A stretch of DNA of 60,176 bases from a virus (Duplodnaviria; Caudoviricetes): the IMG/VR virus record IMGVR_UViG_3300030451_001785, positions 1 through 60,176 of that record; one strand, 5' to 3'. A program made the translations under genes and the position numbers. The notes under the pieces were generated by a model that did no database searches, was not told the origin of the DNA, and was given only the letters and a program-made list of their open reading frames with translations. Positions 38,411 to 46,719 of this stretch are shown here, one piece after another; position 1 is the stretch's first letter, and the number at the start of each line of letters is the position of its first letter.

Positions 38411-39142
38411 TTAATTGCAATAAGCTTCTCCCGAAAACTTATTAGCAAATGTCACTGTTAATCTATTTTTATTTATATAATCTACCCTTCCAAAAACTGT
38501 TTCTTTAAATGAGTCTACCACACTTACTGATGGAAACTTATCTAAGTTATGTGTTATATCCCATTGAAAAGACGGTGTACCTTGTGAAAATACAAAGGTT
38601 TTGTCACCACCTGTGCTCGATGGGTTATACTGTAGCAAAGATATAAAATATTCTTCATCCTTTTCTAACGCACCATTTGATGCTATTAAAGACACTCCTA
38701 TATCATAAAAATCAGGTTCTGTTGCATTTTGAGTTGAACTATCCCAATTGTAAACTGCGTACTCACTTATATTCTTAGTATTAGATACAAATACAATTGA
38801 ACCAACTAATGCAGAATAAAAAGACGATATATCTGTTGCAGGACTTTGTGCTACATATTTAAGTGAAAATTTACTAAGTAAAAATGTAGTTATGGTATTA
38901 AAATTTACCGTGTCTCCTTGGTTGGGTTTAAAAGATATAGTTCCTTTTGCTCTTGGTTCTACAACCGGTACTTGAAACTTATATCTTAATGTTTGAGAAT
39001 CAATAGATGAAGACTTATTTAGAAAGTCTGCAATATCAGATACCGTAAAGTTTTTGGTAGCCTTCGTGAATGAATCTGTACCTATTACTTTATCACCTCC
39101 TGTTACATCAGTATCTATTGGATATAGCCTTATCTTCGACAT
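38411..39142 (-). CDS. Putative fibre-associated structural protein
   Basis: N-terminus similar to the 583-aa fibre; C-terminal WDITHNL domain; TACCTTTG at 39167..39174. Confidence 0.6.
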   Translation of the reverse strand: MSKIRLYPIDTDVTGGDKVIGTDSFTKATKNFTVSDIADFLNKSSSIDSQTLRYKFQVPVVEPRAKGTISFKPNQGDTVNFNTITTFLLSKFSLKYVAQSPATDISSFYSALVGSIVFVSNTKNISEYAVYNWDSSTQNATEPDFYDIGVSLIASNGALEKDEEYFISLLQYNPSSTGGDKTFVFSQGTPSFQWDITHNLDKFPSVSVVDSFKETVFGRVDYINKNRLTVTFANKFSGEAYCN

Positions 39143-39191
39143 CTATATTATTCGTTTTAACAATTACAAAGGTAAGAATTTTATTTCAGGA

Positions 39192-39587
39192 TTATTTTTT
39201 TGATTCGGCATAAGATGACATCATCTTTTCTCCTGTTCTGCCTATAACATAGCCTCCAATACCTAATTGTAATAGATTCCAAAATTCATTTTCTAATTCA
39301 GGTATTCTTAAATCAAAGAGTGGTGCTATGAACTTTACATAGATTACTATAAAACCAAAAGCTAACATTAATATTGGTCTCCAACTTCTTTGAAGCCAAT
39401 TACCTTTTGCTTCTGTAACTATGATTTCGGTTTGCATTTTTTGTAACTCTAATTGCTTTTGAATTAGAATTTGTTTGATAGCATTTTCTGCTAATATCTT
39501 TTCTTCTTTAGATGTGAAGAGTTTATCGAGTCCTCCCATAATGTCTTTTACAACACTACCTCCGAACCAATCAATTATTTTTTTCAT
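39192..39587 (-). CDS. Holin (GTA-type 3TM-like)
   Basis: WLQRSWRP followed by hydrophobic segments and GGYVIGRTGEK; overlaps the endolysin gene. Confidence 0.75.
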   Translation of the reverse strand: MKKIIDWFGGSVVKDIMGGLDKLFTSKEEKILAENAIKQILIQKQLELQKMQTEIIVTEAKGNWLQRSWRPILMLAFGFIVIYVKFIAPLFDLRIPELENEFWNLLQLGIGGYVIGRTGEKMMSSYAESKK

Positions 39588-40023
39588 ATTTAATTTCGCT
39601 TATATAACAATATTCTTCTGTCGCATCAAAACTTGGACAAGCCTTAGCTGCAAAATCTCTATGACCGTGAACGATTGCATCAGGGTGCATAGCTTTTAAT
39701 GTGAAGAGCAAATGCTCAAGACTTGTTTTTTGTTCAGGAGTTCTAGTATCTTTTGCTATCCATTTTCCATCTGCTCCTCTCTCAGACTCTACACCCCCAA
39801 TATAACAAATTCCCAAACTGCTTTTATTGTATTTTTTACAATGAGCACCGGGAACATTATCCTGTCTACCTTTATGTATTGTACCGTCTAGATAAATGAT
39901 ATAGTGGTAGCCTATATCTTTCCATCCCCTTCCGTCAACGTGCCAACTTCTTATTGTATCTACATCTATGTGTTGACCTTCTCTAGTTGCTGAACAGTGT
40001 ACTATTAATTTATTTACCTTCAT
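39571..40023 (-). CDS. N-acetylmuramoyl-L-alanine amidase endolysin (T7 lysozyme-like)
   Basis: LIVHCSAT, DIGYHY, GAHC, GHRD and KACPSF zinc-amidase motifs. Confidence 0.95.
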   Translation of the reverse strand: MKVNKLIVHCSATREGQHIDVDTIRSWHVDGRGWKDIGYHYIIYLDGTIHKGRQDNVPGAHCKKYNKSSLGICYIGGVESERGADGKWIAKDTRTPEQKTSLEHLLFTLKAMHPDAIVHGHRDFAAKACPSFDATEEYCYISEIKYEKNN

Positions 40024-40186
40024 TTTTTTTCTTCTCCTCTCTTAAATATAACCACTTATTAATTGTATAGCCAATTGAAACAATCAGCAATAAAATTTTT
40101 AGTACCATATCTATTTGCGAAAAAGAAATCGCTAACGTACTTACATTTAGTAAGTATAACTTCACATCTGACATCCAAGCATTCAT
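40010..40186 (-). CDS. Small membrane protein, possible second holin (58 aa, not in the ORF track)
   Basis: Hand translation MNAWMSDVKLYLLNVSTLAISFSQIDMVLKILLLIVSIGYTINKWLYLREEKKKNEGK; overlaps the amidase start. Confidence 0.55.
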   Translation of the reverse strand: MNAWMSDVKLYLLNVSTLAISFSQIDMVLKILLLIVSIGYTINKWLYLREEKKKNEGK

Positions 40187-40290
40187 TTTATCGTGTAATT
40201 TATTTCTAACTCTTCAATCATTAGTGTTGTACTTACTGTCCAATAATTTTTCATATTCTGATTGATATTGCTATTCCTAATGTTTTCATT

Positions 40291-40773
40291 TTACCAAAGT
40301 GCTATTATGTCGGTTGCACTAGAACCTGTATTAAAAATTTTCTTTACTTGTACAGGGAAGAATCCGACAGGTACTGCTTTGAATGTAACAGTTTGTCCTG
40401 CTATAGTAACTACCTTTAAATCTCCTGTTCCTCCAACATATAATACACAACCATTGTTAGCATCATCTGCACCACTTGCAGGATTAGCTACATATATAAT
40501 ATAACTTTCTCCGTTTGCCATTATGTTAGCATTCAGAACTAGCTTTTGATTTGTAACCTGTAAAATCTGTGCACAGGTTTTATCTGTTGTATTGTAAACA
40601 ATATCTCCCTCTTTCACACCGTCAACTAAAAAAGATGCATTTGTGTCTATTAACTCATCTGCAGTTGTTGCAGTCGTTGTACCTCTAGCTACTTCATTAG
40701 GAAATGGAATGTTTGTGTTGTCACACAAAAAGACTTCTAATGCTACATAACCTTGTAATTTTTGATAACTCAT
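40291..40773 (-). CDS. Putative capsid spike-base protein
   Basis: C-terminal LYVGGTGDLKV...GQTVTF..VP.G..PVQV...TG..ATDIIAL resembles the RcGTA Rcc01079-type spike base. Confidence 0.55.
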   Translation of the reverse strand: MSYQKLQGYVALEVFLCDNTNIPFPNEVARGTTTATTADELIDTNASFLVDGVKEGDIVYNTTDKTCAQILQVTNQKLVLNANIMANGESYIIYVANPASGADDANNGCVLYVGGTGDLKVVTIAGQTVTFKAVPVGFFPVQVKKIFNTGSSATDIIALW

Positions 40774-40778
40774 ATCTT

Positions 40779-40964
40779 TTATTTTTTATATAATACTTTA
40801 TTTACTAATAGGTCAGGATTATTTAAAAAATCTCGTCTCTTCCCACAACCACAATCTTTTCCTGTAGCTTTAGAAACAGTATCTACAACTTTTTTAATGC
40901 CTGTGGCTTTAGTAAACTTTTCAATAGAGTCACCTAAACCTTTCGATTTATAATGTGCTTTCAT
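40779..40964 (-). CDS. Small basic protein with CGC motif
   Basis: GLGDSIEKFTKATGIK...DCGC.KRRDFLN. Confidence 0.65.
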   Translation of the reverse strand: MKAHYKSKGLGDSIEKFTKATGIKKVVDTVSKATGKDCGCGKRRDFLNNPDLLVNKVLYKK

Positions 40965-41229
40965 TTCTTACAAACACATTGAGCCACCGGACAATCTTTT
41001 ACATCTACAATTAGTTTAGAAATCATCCAATTCCATTTACAACAGAACTTGCACCAAACATTTTGCATCCAAAGTCCTAGCTTTACTAATAATTTTCCCA
41101 TCTATTTCTTTTTTTTCTTAGGTTGAATAGATTTCAACATTCTGTCAATCTTTGCAGCTTGACCTTTATGCATAGCCGAAGCTTTCTTCAACTCACTTGA
41201 AATCTGTTTTAGCTTCTTAGCATCCATAA

Positions 41230-41424
41230 TTAATGTTTATGAAATTTTAGGTTATTGCTATGATACGGTCCTTGAGCAGAAGACTTGTTGCCAGAGTATG
41301 CTTTCATACCCATAGCTTTCTCCATACCTTTTGACTCATCTCTTCTGTCTTTAAAAGACTGAGACTTCTTTCCGTTTCTAGAACCCATTGATTCATCCAA
41401 CCTTGCGTTATATCCTTGTTTCAT
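41230..41424 (-). CDS. Small basic protein
   Basis: 64 aa; TATATTTG element at 41445..41452. Confidence 0.6.
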   Translation of the reverse strand: MKQGYNARLDESMGSRNGKKSQSFKDRRDESKGMEKAMGMKAYSGNKSSAQGPYHSNNLKFHKH

Positions 41425-41452
41425 TTTTAAATAATTTTATTTTACAAATATA

Positions 41453-41746
41453 CTAATATTTTCCTTTTCTATTTTTAGGTGAAGATTTAGTGCTACCACC
41501 CTTACCTGCCCATAGTTTCTTGCACGACCAATAACGTGCAGTCAACTTACTTTTTGCAGTTCCACATTTGTGTCTTGCCTTAAAAGACTTTCTAGCTGCA
41601 GCCGAATAATTATGACCATAACCCTTTGCACCAAAGTGAATTAACTTCTCTTTGCCACCTTCACAAGCTTTGACCATTTTCTTTTTACCCGGTCTTGTGC
41701 TAGGTCTTACGACATTACACTTCATATTTTTTTTACTGACTGCCAT
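41453..41746 (-). CDS. Small basic protein
   Basis: 97 aa, IHFG...RKSFKARHKC...ARYWSC, a pattern I recall from many environmental phages; function unknown. Confidence 0.7.
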   Translation of the reverse strand: MAVSKKNMKCNVVRPSTRPGKKKMVKACEGGKEKLIHFGAKGYGHNYSAAARKSFKARHKCGTAKSKLTARYWSCKKLWAGKGGSTKSSPKNRKGKY

Positions 41747-41907
41747 TAATATCCGGATTCAGTCATTTTCTTATTTGGATTATTCTTAATAGAACCACCC
41801 ATAGTTTTTGCAAACTCAGTTGCTTGTGCTTTTCCTACTGCATTGTATGGAAAGCTTTTAGTTTTCATTTTGCCTGAATCAGGACAACTATATTTAACTG
41901 TTGGCAT
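41746..41907 (-). CDS. Small basic protein (53 aa, not in the ORF track)
   Basis: Hand translation MPTVKYSCPDSGKMKTKSFPYNAVGKAQA...; its stop overlaps the next start. Confidence 0.55.
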   Translation of the reverse strand: MPTVKYSCPDSGKMKTKSFPYNAVGKAQATEFAKTMGGSIKNNPNKKMTESGY

Positions 41908-42058
41908 TTTTTCTTTGTTTTAATTTTTTAAAATCTGCTCCTGTAATTCTATCAAAAGGAGGTGCGACCTTCGCAATCTTTTTTTGTTTTTCAGTCAACT
42001 TACTGATTACATTATTCCTAAAAGGAATCTTATCCATTTCTTTTTTACTTACTGACAT
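41894..42058 (-). CDS. Small basic protein (54 aa, not in the ORF track)
   Basis: Hand translation MSVSKKEMDK...LTEKQKKIAKVAPPFDRITGADFKKLK. Confidence 0.5.
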   Translation of the reverse strand: MSVSKKEMDKIPFRNNVISKLTEKQKKIAKVAPPFDRITGADFKKLKQRKNANS

Positions 42059-42174
42059 TATCTCTTAACTTTATTGCTTCCATTAATTTAACTAATTCCT
42101 GATAGCTTTTTACCCAATCGCTTTGTTCTCTATTACGATTGTATTGCTCAACGTACCACTCTTCACTTCTAACT

Positions 42175-42417
42175 TCAGGCATTTCTAACTTTTGCTTTTT
42201 TAGTATTAGAAACAAATTGTTTTGAAAAACCTCCTTGTCTCTTTTTCTTACGAGCAGTCTTTGCTCTTTCTTGCTTAGATAAACTTTTAGCTTTAGCTAA
42301 AGGTAAACACCTGTCAGGATTTTTTTTATTCTTACTTGTACCACAAGCACCTAGGATTGAACCATCAGTTCCAATCCTCACCCACTTCTGTTCTCTCCAT
42401 TTTTTTAACTCTCCCAT
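42175..42417 (-). CDS. Small basic protein
   Basis: LKKWREQKW...RCLPLAKAKSLS; coupled to the upstream stop. Confidence 0.65.
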   Translation of the reverse strand: MGELKKWREQKWVRIGTDGSILGACGTSKNKKNPDRCLPLAKAKSLSKQERAKTARKKKRQGGFSKQFVSNTKKAKVRNA

Positions 42418-42707
42418 TATAACTTTTTACTTCCGTCTTTTTTTCTCATTATTTTTAATTTGTATGGGTTCGTATCTTTTGGGTCATTAGATTTTACTAT
42501 CTTATTATCTTCAGAGTTTTTAATTTCATTAATAACTCTTCGACTAGATTTCTTAGACATTTCTATTCCCCTTGGATTATTTGAACTCAGCGTAGTGTAT
42601 GTGGTATCAGTAGCTACATTAAATTGAGGAAATATTTTTTTGCTATTGCTTTCATATTTCTTCATACACCTTTTAAGTGCTCTTCCTTTTAATCCTTTAC
42701 AACTCAT
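42417..42707 (-). CDS. Small basic protein
   Basis: 96 aa, Lys-rich, overlapping start/stop on both sides. Confidence 0.6.
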   Translation of the reverse strand: MSCKGLKGRALKRCMKKYESNSKKIFPQFNVATDTTYTTLSSNNPRGIEMSKKSSRRVINEIKNSEDNKIVKSNDPKDTNPYKLKIMRKKDGSKKL

Positions 42708-42871
42708 TTCTTTTTCTTTTTACCTTTTGCACCCTTAGCATAGTTAGGGTCTTTACAATATTTACTTGCAGCCATATTAGCATAAGCAGATGGGTAACGG
42801 TCAAAAGTTCTTTTTGCCCAAGCTATTCCTGCCGGACATATTTTGTTTTTTCTTTTCTTTAATTTACTCAT
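42704..42871 (-). CDS. Small basic protein (55 aa, not in the ORF track)
   Basis: Hand translation ...KICPAGIAWAKRTFDRYPSAYANMAASKYCKDPNYAKG...; ATGA overlap with the next gene. Confidence 0.6.
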   Translation of the reverse strand: MSKLKKRKNKICPAGIAWAKRTFDRYPSAYANMAASKYCKDPNYAKGAKGKKKKK

Positions 42872-43081
42872 CTACTTTTTATGTTTTATAAATTCTAATA
42901 TAATGTCAATCTTCTTTTTTATCTCTTCCATATTTTCTGCATTCTTTTCGTGATGCTTTGAAAATGTACTCTTTACCTCGATGATACTAAAAAAGAAGAA
43001 TCTGTATAAAGCATACAGTGAGCCAAGCAAGAGTACCAATGGTAATCCATAACCCTCTATTAGTTCCAATATTTCGTTCAT
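42872..43081 (-). CDS. Small membrane protein
   Basis: N-terminal hydrophobic helix plus a charged tail. Confidence 0.6.
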   Translation of the reverse strand: MNEILELIEGYGLPLVLLLGSLYALYRFFFFSIIEVKSTFSKHHEKNAENMEEIKKKIDIILEFIKHKK

Positions 43082-43199
43082 CTTCCTTGACCTCTATATT
43101 TTTTTTTATATCCTACTTGACCTCTACTCGCATTCTTATTATGTGGATGCGATTTGCGTTTTGGTTTTCTATAGGTAGTTACATTAGCCTTACGAGCCA

Positions 43200-43499
43200 T
43201 TATACTAATCTATTATTTTTTTTAATTCTTTTTCTTCTTTGTCTACGCTTACCAAGAACAGTTCCACCAAAGGCTAAACTACCTGCACTTGTTGTCTTGG
43301 GTTTTTTCTTATTGGTATTAGTGGTATTGGTGTTCTTGTTTTTATTTTTATTTTTTTCGGCATCCTGTAACTTCTTAATAGTCCTGTTTGCAAAATTGAT
43401 TGCATTCAAATCAGCAACGGTGTTTTTGTTAGCATCACCGGATTTATATTTGTTTGAATCCTTTTGTTCGTTAGGTCTTTTCTTTTTCTCGTCTGCCAT
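43200..43499 (-). CDS. Low-complexity Lys/Asn-rich protein
   Basis: 99 aa with a KNKNKN tract; first gene after the divergent promoter. Confidence 0.6.
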   Translation of the reverse strand: MADEKKKRPNEQKDSNKYKSGDANKNTVADLNAINFANRTIKKLQDAEKNKNKNKNTNTTNTNKKKPKTTSAGSLAFGGTVLGKRRQRRKRIKKNNRLV

Positions 43500-43507
43500 A
43501 ATAAATG

Positions 43508-43526
43508 TATCTTTGCTACAAAGATA
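43508..43526. promoter_or_regulatory. Overlapping bidirectional -7 promoter elements
   Basis: TATCTTTG-CTA-CAAAGATA: one TAnnTTTG on each strand between oppositely oriented genes. Confidence 0.65.
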
Positions 43527-43540
43527 TTAAATTAAATCGA

Positions 43541-43969
43541 ATGCTTGATTACTTAAAATATTGGAGAGTAATCAGATACTTTATAAAATCTAAGTACGGA
43601 TTATCCCAAGCAGAACTAGAGATGCTTCTCTTCTTGAGAAGCGAAAAATATTTTTCAAAAGATTCGTTTGATGAATACAACGAACTAATCAGTTGGGATA
43701 AAAACCGATTTGAAAAACTAAGAAGTGAAGGTTGGATAGATGTCTTCCGAAAGAAGGAAGCTAATAGAAGAGTAGTGTACCAACTATCTTATAAAGCACA
43801 ACGTATGCTTACTACTCTTTATAAAAAACTAGAGGGTGAGGAAATACCTGAAAGTAAATCCTCCAACCCATTGTTTTTAAGAAACATATCTTATACTGAT
43901 AAAGTATATAGAAACTATATTAAAAAGCTTAATAAGTTTATTCGACAACAACGACATCCCTCTCAGTAA
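43541..43969 (+). CDS. Putative winged-helix (MarR-like) regulator
   Basis: GLSQAELEMLLFL...LRSEGWI...RRVVYQLS; sole plus-strand protein gene in the minus arm; start MLDYLK preferred over 43505. Confidence 0.6.
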   Translation: MLDYLKYWRVIRYFIKSKYGLSQAELEMLLFLRSEKYFSKDSFDEYNELISWDKNRFEKLRSEGWIDVFRKKEANRRVVYQLSYKAQRMLTTLYKKLEGEEIPESKSSNPLFLRNISYTDKVYRNYIKKLNKFIRQQRHPSQ

Positions 43970-44195
43970 TAACAGTATACTGTTCACCATTTATTACCAT
44001 AGTATATCCTGCTCTACCATCATAGTAGATTATATTATCTGAATCAATTACGGAAACATCTGTACCGGGTTTTATTACTTTGCCTTTCTTATACCTAATA
44101 TCTTTTACATCATCGGCAGAAAGTAATAATCCTGATTCAGTTTTTATTTCTTCTTTGATTTGTTGTATTAATATATACTTACCTATTGGTTTCAT
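43938..44195 (-). CDS. groES: Co-chaperonin GroES
   Basis: MKPIGKYILI...TESGLLLS...INGEQYTVITERDVV. Confidence 0.9.
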   Translation of the reverse strand: MKPIGKYILIQQIKEEIKTESGLLLSADDVKDIRYKKGKVIKPGTDVSVIDSDNIIYYDGRAGYTMVINGEQYTVITERDVVVVE

Positions 44196-44347
44196 TTTAC
44201 TGTCTTTGCTGATAGAACTCTTTTGGAAGTTTCATCCTTTTGAAGTTTGGTTACAGAATAACCGTGTCTTCTTAAAAGATTAATTGCTTTGTTTAGTTTC
44301 TCTTCCTGCATTCTAAAGTGCTCGAATATTTGATTATGTATTGCCAT
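44192..44347 (-). CDS. 51-aa ORF between groEL and groES (not in the ORF track)
   Basis: Hand translation MAIHNQIFEHFRMQEEKLNKAINLLRRHGYSVTK...; ATGA overlap with the groES start. Confidence 0.6.
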   Translation of the reverse strand: MAIHNQIFEHFRMQEEKLNKAINLLRRHGYSVTKLQKDETSKRVLSAKTVK

Positions 44348-44362
44348 TTGATTATATTAAAA

Positions 44363-45952
44363 TTAATTCTTATCTTCGTAAGTTCGTGCCATTGTAACTA
44401 TAGCATTGGTTGATAGTAATGTAACTGCAACTGAAACGGCATTCTGTAATGCACACTTAGTTACCTTCAATGGGTCAATGATTCCCATTTCATACATACA
44501 TCCAAACTTATCATTCTTTACATCGTATCCACCGGAGAATACATCAGTGTCTTTAAAGACACCATTATCATATTCCTCTCCTGCGTTTTCCCATATTTGT
44601 AATAGTGGTGCTTGTAAAGCTTCAGCTAAAATATTTATGTGCTTTTGTTTTTTATCTTCTTCACTATAGTCAAGTGATTCTCTAAATAAAGCAAGACCAC
44701 CTCCCGGAAGTATACCTTCTTCTAAGGCAGAACGCACTGCACAGACTGCATCATCAACACGGTCATACAGTTCCTTCTGTTCCAAATCAGTATTACCTCC
44801 TACATAGATGACACCCACACCTCCTGTTAAAGAGGCAATCCTACTTAGTATAAAATCTTTATCTGCTTTTAGTTTTGCATTCTTTGCAGCTTCTTTTAAT
44901 TGTGCAACTCTTTCTTTTATTACATCTGCATTATTGTTATCCTCTTTAATGATAACAGTTGAGTCACGACCAACTATCACCTTGGAACAATGACCCAAAT
45001 CGTTTTCTGTTATCAAACTCAAATCATCACCGGTCTTCTCAGAAAAGTAAGTTGCACCAACACTCACTGCTATGTCCTGCATAAGTTCGTGTTGCTTATA
45101 CCCAAAGGAAGGTGGACCAATAGTGCAAAGCTTGAGATTGCTTTTCATCACGTTGGCAGCTAATGTGTTTACGACATTGGATGAGGTTGGTGCTATGATT
45201 AATAATTTTTTTCCACCATTTATAATTGGCTTCAATACATTTTCAATTTGTAATATATTTTCAATAGGAGCATCGCTAACTAAAATCTGACAGTCTTCTA
45301 AAATACACTCGTCTTTCTTTTGGTCATTAATAAATAGTGGAGATTCAAACCCTCTATCTATTTTCAAACCGTTAGTGGTTTCAAAATAAGTTTCAGAGTT
45401 TTGAGATTTATCTACTGCAACGATTCCGTCACGACCTACCTTACGGTAAACCTTTGCGATTATATCGCCTAGGTAAGAATCATTATTAGCAGATATAGTA
45501 GCAACATCTTTTAGAGTTTTACTATTTACTTTTCTTGCTTTCTTCTTTAGTCTATCAACTATGCAAGTTGTTTCGTGTACAAGGTCTCTAAGTACCTGTG
45601 TCTTATTCTCGTCTAAATCTCTACCTGCATTGACTAAAGCTTCTGTCAATACTATTGCAGTAGTTGTTCCGTCACCGGCTTGAGTAGCAGTTCTATCTGC
45701 TGCCTCTTTCATAATTCTTACTGCTAAGTTTTCTGTGGGGTCAATAAGTGAAACTGACTTTGCTACAGTAACTCCGTCTTTGGTTACTGTGATTCCGTGA
45801 GAGTGTTGTGGGGATTCTATTAATACTGTTTGTCCTGATGGTCCGAGTGTAGACTTAACTGCTTTGGAAATCTTTTCAATTCCTTTGTAAAGTTTATCTC
45901 TACCTTCTTCTGCAAACAATAGGTTCTTTGGGGTGTATCCTATTTCTGACAT
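44363..45952 (-). CDS. groEL: Chaperonin GroEL
   Basis: TLGP, VTKDGVTVAK, AGDGTTTA, GILPGGG, GIIDPLKV; TATATTTG element at 45975..45982. Confidence 0.97.
   Translation of the reverse strand: MSEIGYTPKNLLFAEEGRDKLYKGIEKISKAVKSTLGPSGQTVLIESPQHSHGITVTKDGVTVAKSVSLIDPTENLAVRIMKEAADRTATQAGDGTTTAIVLTEALVNAGRDLDENKTQVLRDLVHETTCIVDRLKKKARKVNSKTLKDVATISANNDSYLGDIIAKVYRKVGRDGIVAVDKSQNSETYFETTNGLKIDRGFESPLFINDQKKDECILEDCQILVSDAPIENILQIENVLKPIINGGKKLLIIAPTSSNVVNTLAANVMKSNLKLCTIGPPSFGYKQHELMQDIAVSVGATYFSEKTGDDLSLITENDLGHCSKVIVGRDSTVIIKEDNNNADVIKERVAQLKEAAKNAKLKADKDFILSRIASLTGGVGVIYVGGNTDLEQKELYDRVDDAVCAVRSALEEGILPGGGLALFRESLDYSEEDKKQKHINILAEALQAPLLQIWENAGEEYDNGVFKDTDVFSGGYDVKNDKFGCMYEMGIIDPLKVTKCALQNAVSVAVTLLSTNAIVTMARTYEDKN
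44547..44562. repeat. 16-bp palindrome copy inside groEL
   Basis: GTGTCTTTAAAGACAC, encodes VFKDT. Confidence 0.95.
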
Positions 45953-46002
45953 ATTATAATAAATTTAATTTGGTCAAATATACAAATTAAAAATAAAACG
46001 AC

Positions 46003-46160
46003 AATGTTGAAATGTTGAAACTTACTTTCCCTATAGTAGTAGTAGTAGTAGTAGTAGTAGTATATTGCGTCACGGAAAGTTTAGAAATTAAATTAACATT
46101 TTCAACACTACTACTGATTATCAGATAGTTAGCTAATAATAATCAACACTAAACTAACAT
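46003..46160. other. Origin-like non-coding element A
   Basis: TGTTGA/TCAACA boxes around a trinucleotide run, and a 31-nt core shared with 56282..56312. Confidence 0.45.
46034..46062. repeat. (TAG)9 microsatellite
   Basis: Nine perfect TAG units plus TA. Confidence 0.95.
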
Positions 46161-46218
46161 TGTAATTTTAAGAATTAACACTTTGATTTTTTAATTAGAA
46201 AATAATTAGAAAATAATT

Positions 46219-46290
46219 GCACCCATAGTTTAACGGATAAAACAAATCTCTTCTAAAGATTAAATCTAGGTTCGATTCCTAGTGGGTGTA
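46219..46290 (+). tRNA. tRNA-Arg(TCT)
   Basis: Acceptor GCACCCA/TGGGTGT, anticodon arm AATCT-CTTCTAA-AGATT, T arm CTAGG-TTCGATT-CCTAG; CCA not encoded. Confidence 0.9.
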
Positions 46291-46294
46291 CTAT

Positions 46295-46379
46295 GTCCTA
46301 TTGGTGAAATTGGTAAACACAACAGACTTAAAATCTGTCGAGCAGTATGCTCTTGTTGGTTCGAGTCCAACATAGGACA
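46295..46379 (+). tRNA. tRNA-Leu(TAA)
   Basis: Acceptor GTCCTAT/ATAGGAC, anticodon arm ACAGA-CTTAAAA-TCTGT, long variable arm, GTTGG-TTCGAGT-CCAAC. Confidence 0.9.
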
Positions 46380-46382
46380 CTA

Positions 46383-46456
46383 CCTCGTTTAACTCAGTTG
46401 GTTAGAGTAGCATCCTTATACGATGAAGGTCGTAGGTTCAAGTCCTACAACGAGGA
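46383..46456 (+). tRNA. tRNA-Ile(TAT)
   Basis: Acceptor CCTCGTT/AACGAGG, D arm ACTC/GAGT, anticodon arm CATC-CTTATAC-GATG, GTAGG-TTCAAGT-CCTAC. Confidence 0.85.
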
Positions 46457-46457
46457 C

Positions 46458-46493
46458 AAAAAAAAAGAGAGGTAAATGACAACCTCTCTCTTT
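46458..46493. terminator. Bidirectional terminator
   Basis: A-tract, GAGAGGT/ACCTCTC stem and T-rich tail between the converging tRNAs and the 67-aa ORF. Confidence 0.7.
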
Positions 46494-46515
46494 CCATCAA
46501 TCAAATCAAAATCAA

Positions 46516-46719
46516 CTACATTCTGTAGAAGTTCTTTCTACCTTCAGCTAGTTCGATACCGTCTGCATACATATCTACTTTCTTAGCACGTTTGAATGCT
46601 CTTCTTAGCATTGCAGCTTCTTCGATACCTGACATACCTGTAGGTCTATCATTTATTAGGCGACCTCCCTCTACTTTGAGACCTCCCATACTTTGATATT
46701 TCATATTCATCTTATGCAT
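46516..46719 (-). CDS. Hypothetical protein
   Basis: 67 aa; TATCTTTG at 46737..46744 and a terminator downstream. Confidence 0.6.
   Translation of the reverse strand: MHKMNMKYQSMGGLKVEGGRLINDRPTGMSGIEEAAMLRRAFKRAKKVDMYADGIELAEGRKNFYRM

Noticed and set aside
44264-44270. Half-site GTGTCTT (also AAGACAC half-sites near 3195, 38689 and 49858)
   Set aside because: No matching second arm; isolated 7-mers are expected by chance, so they were not counted.
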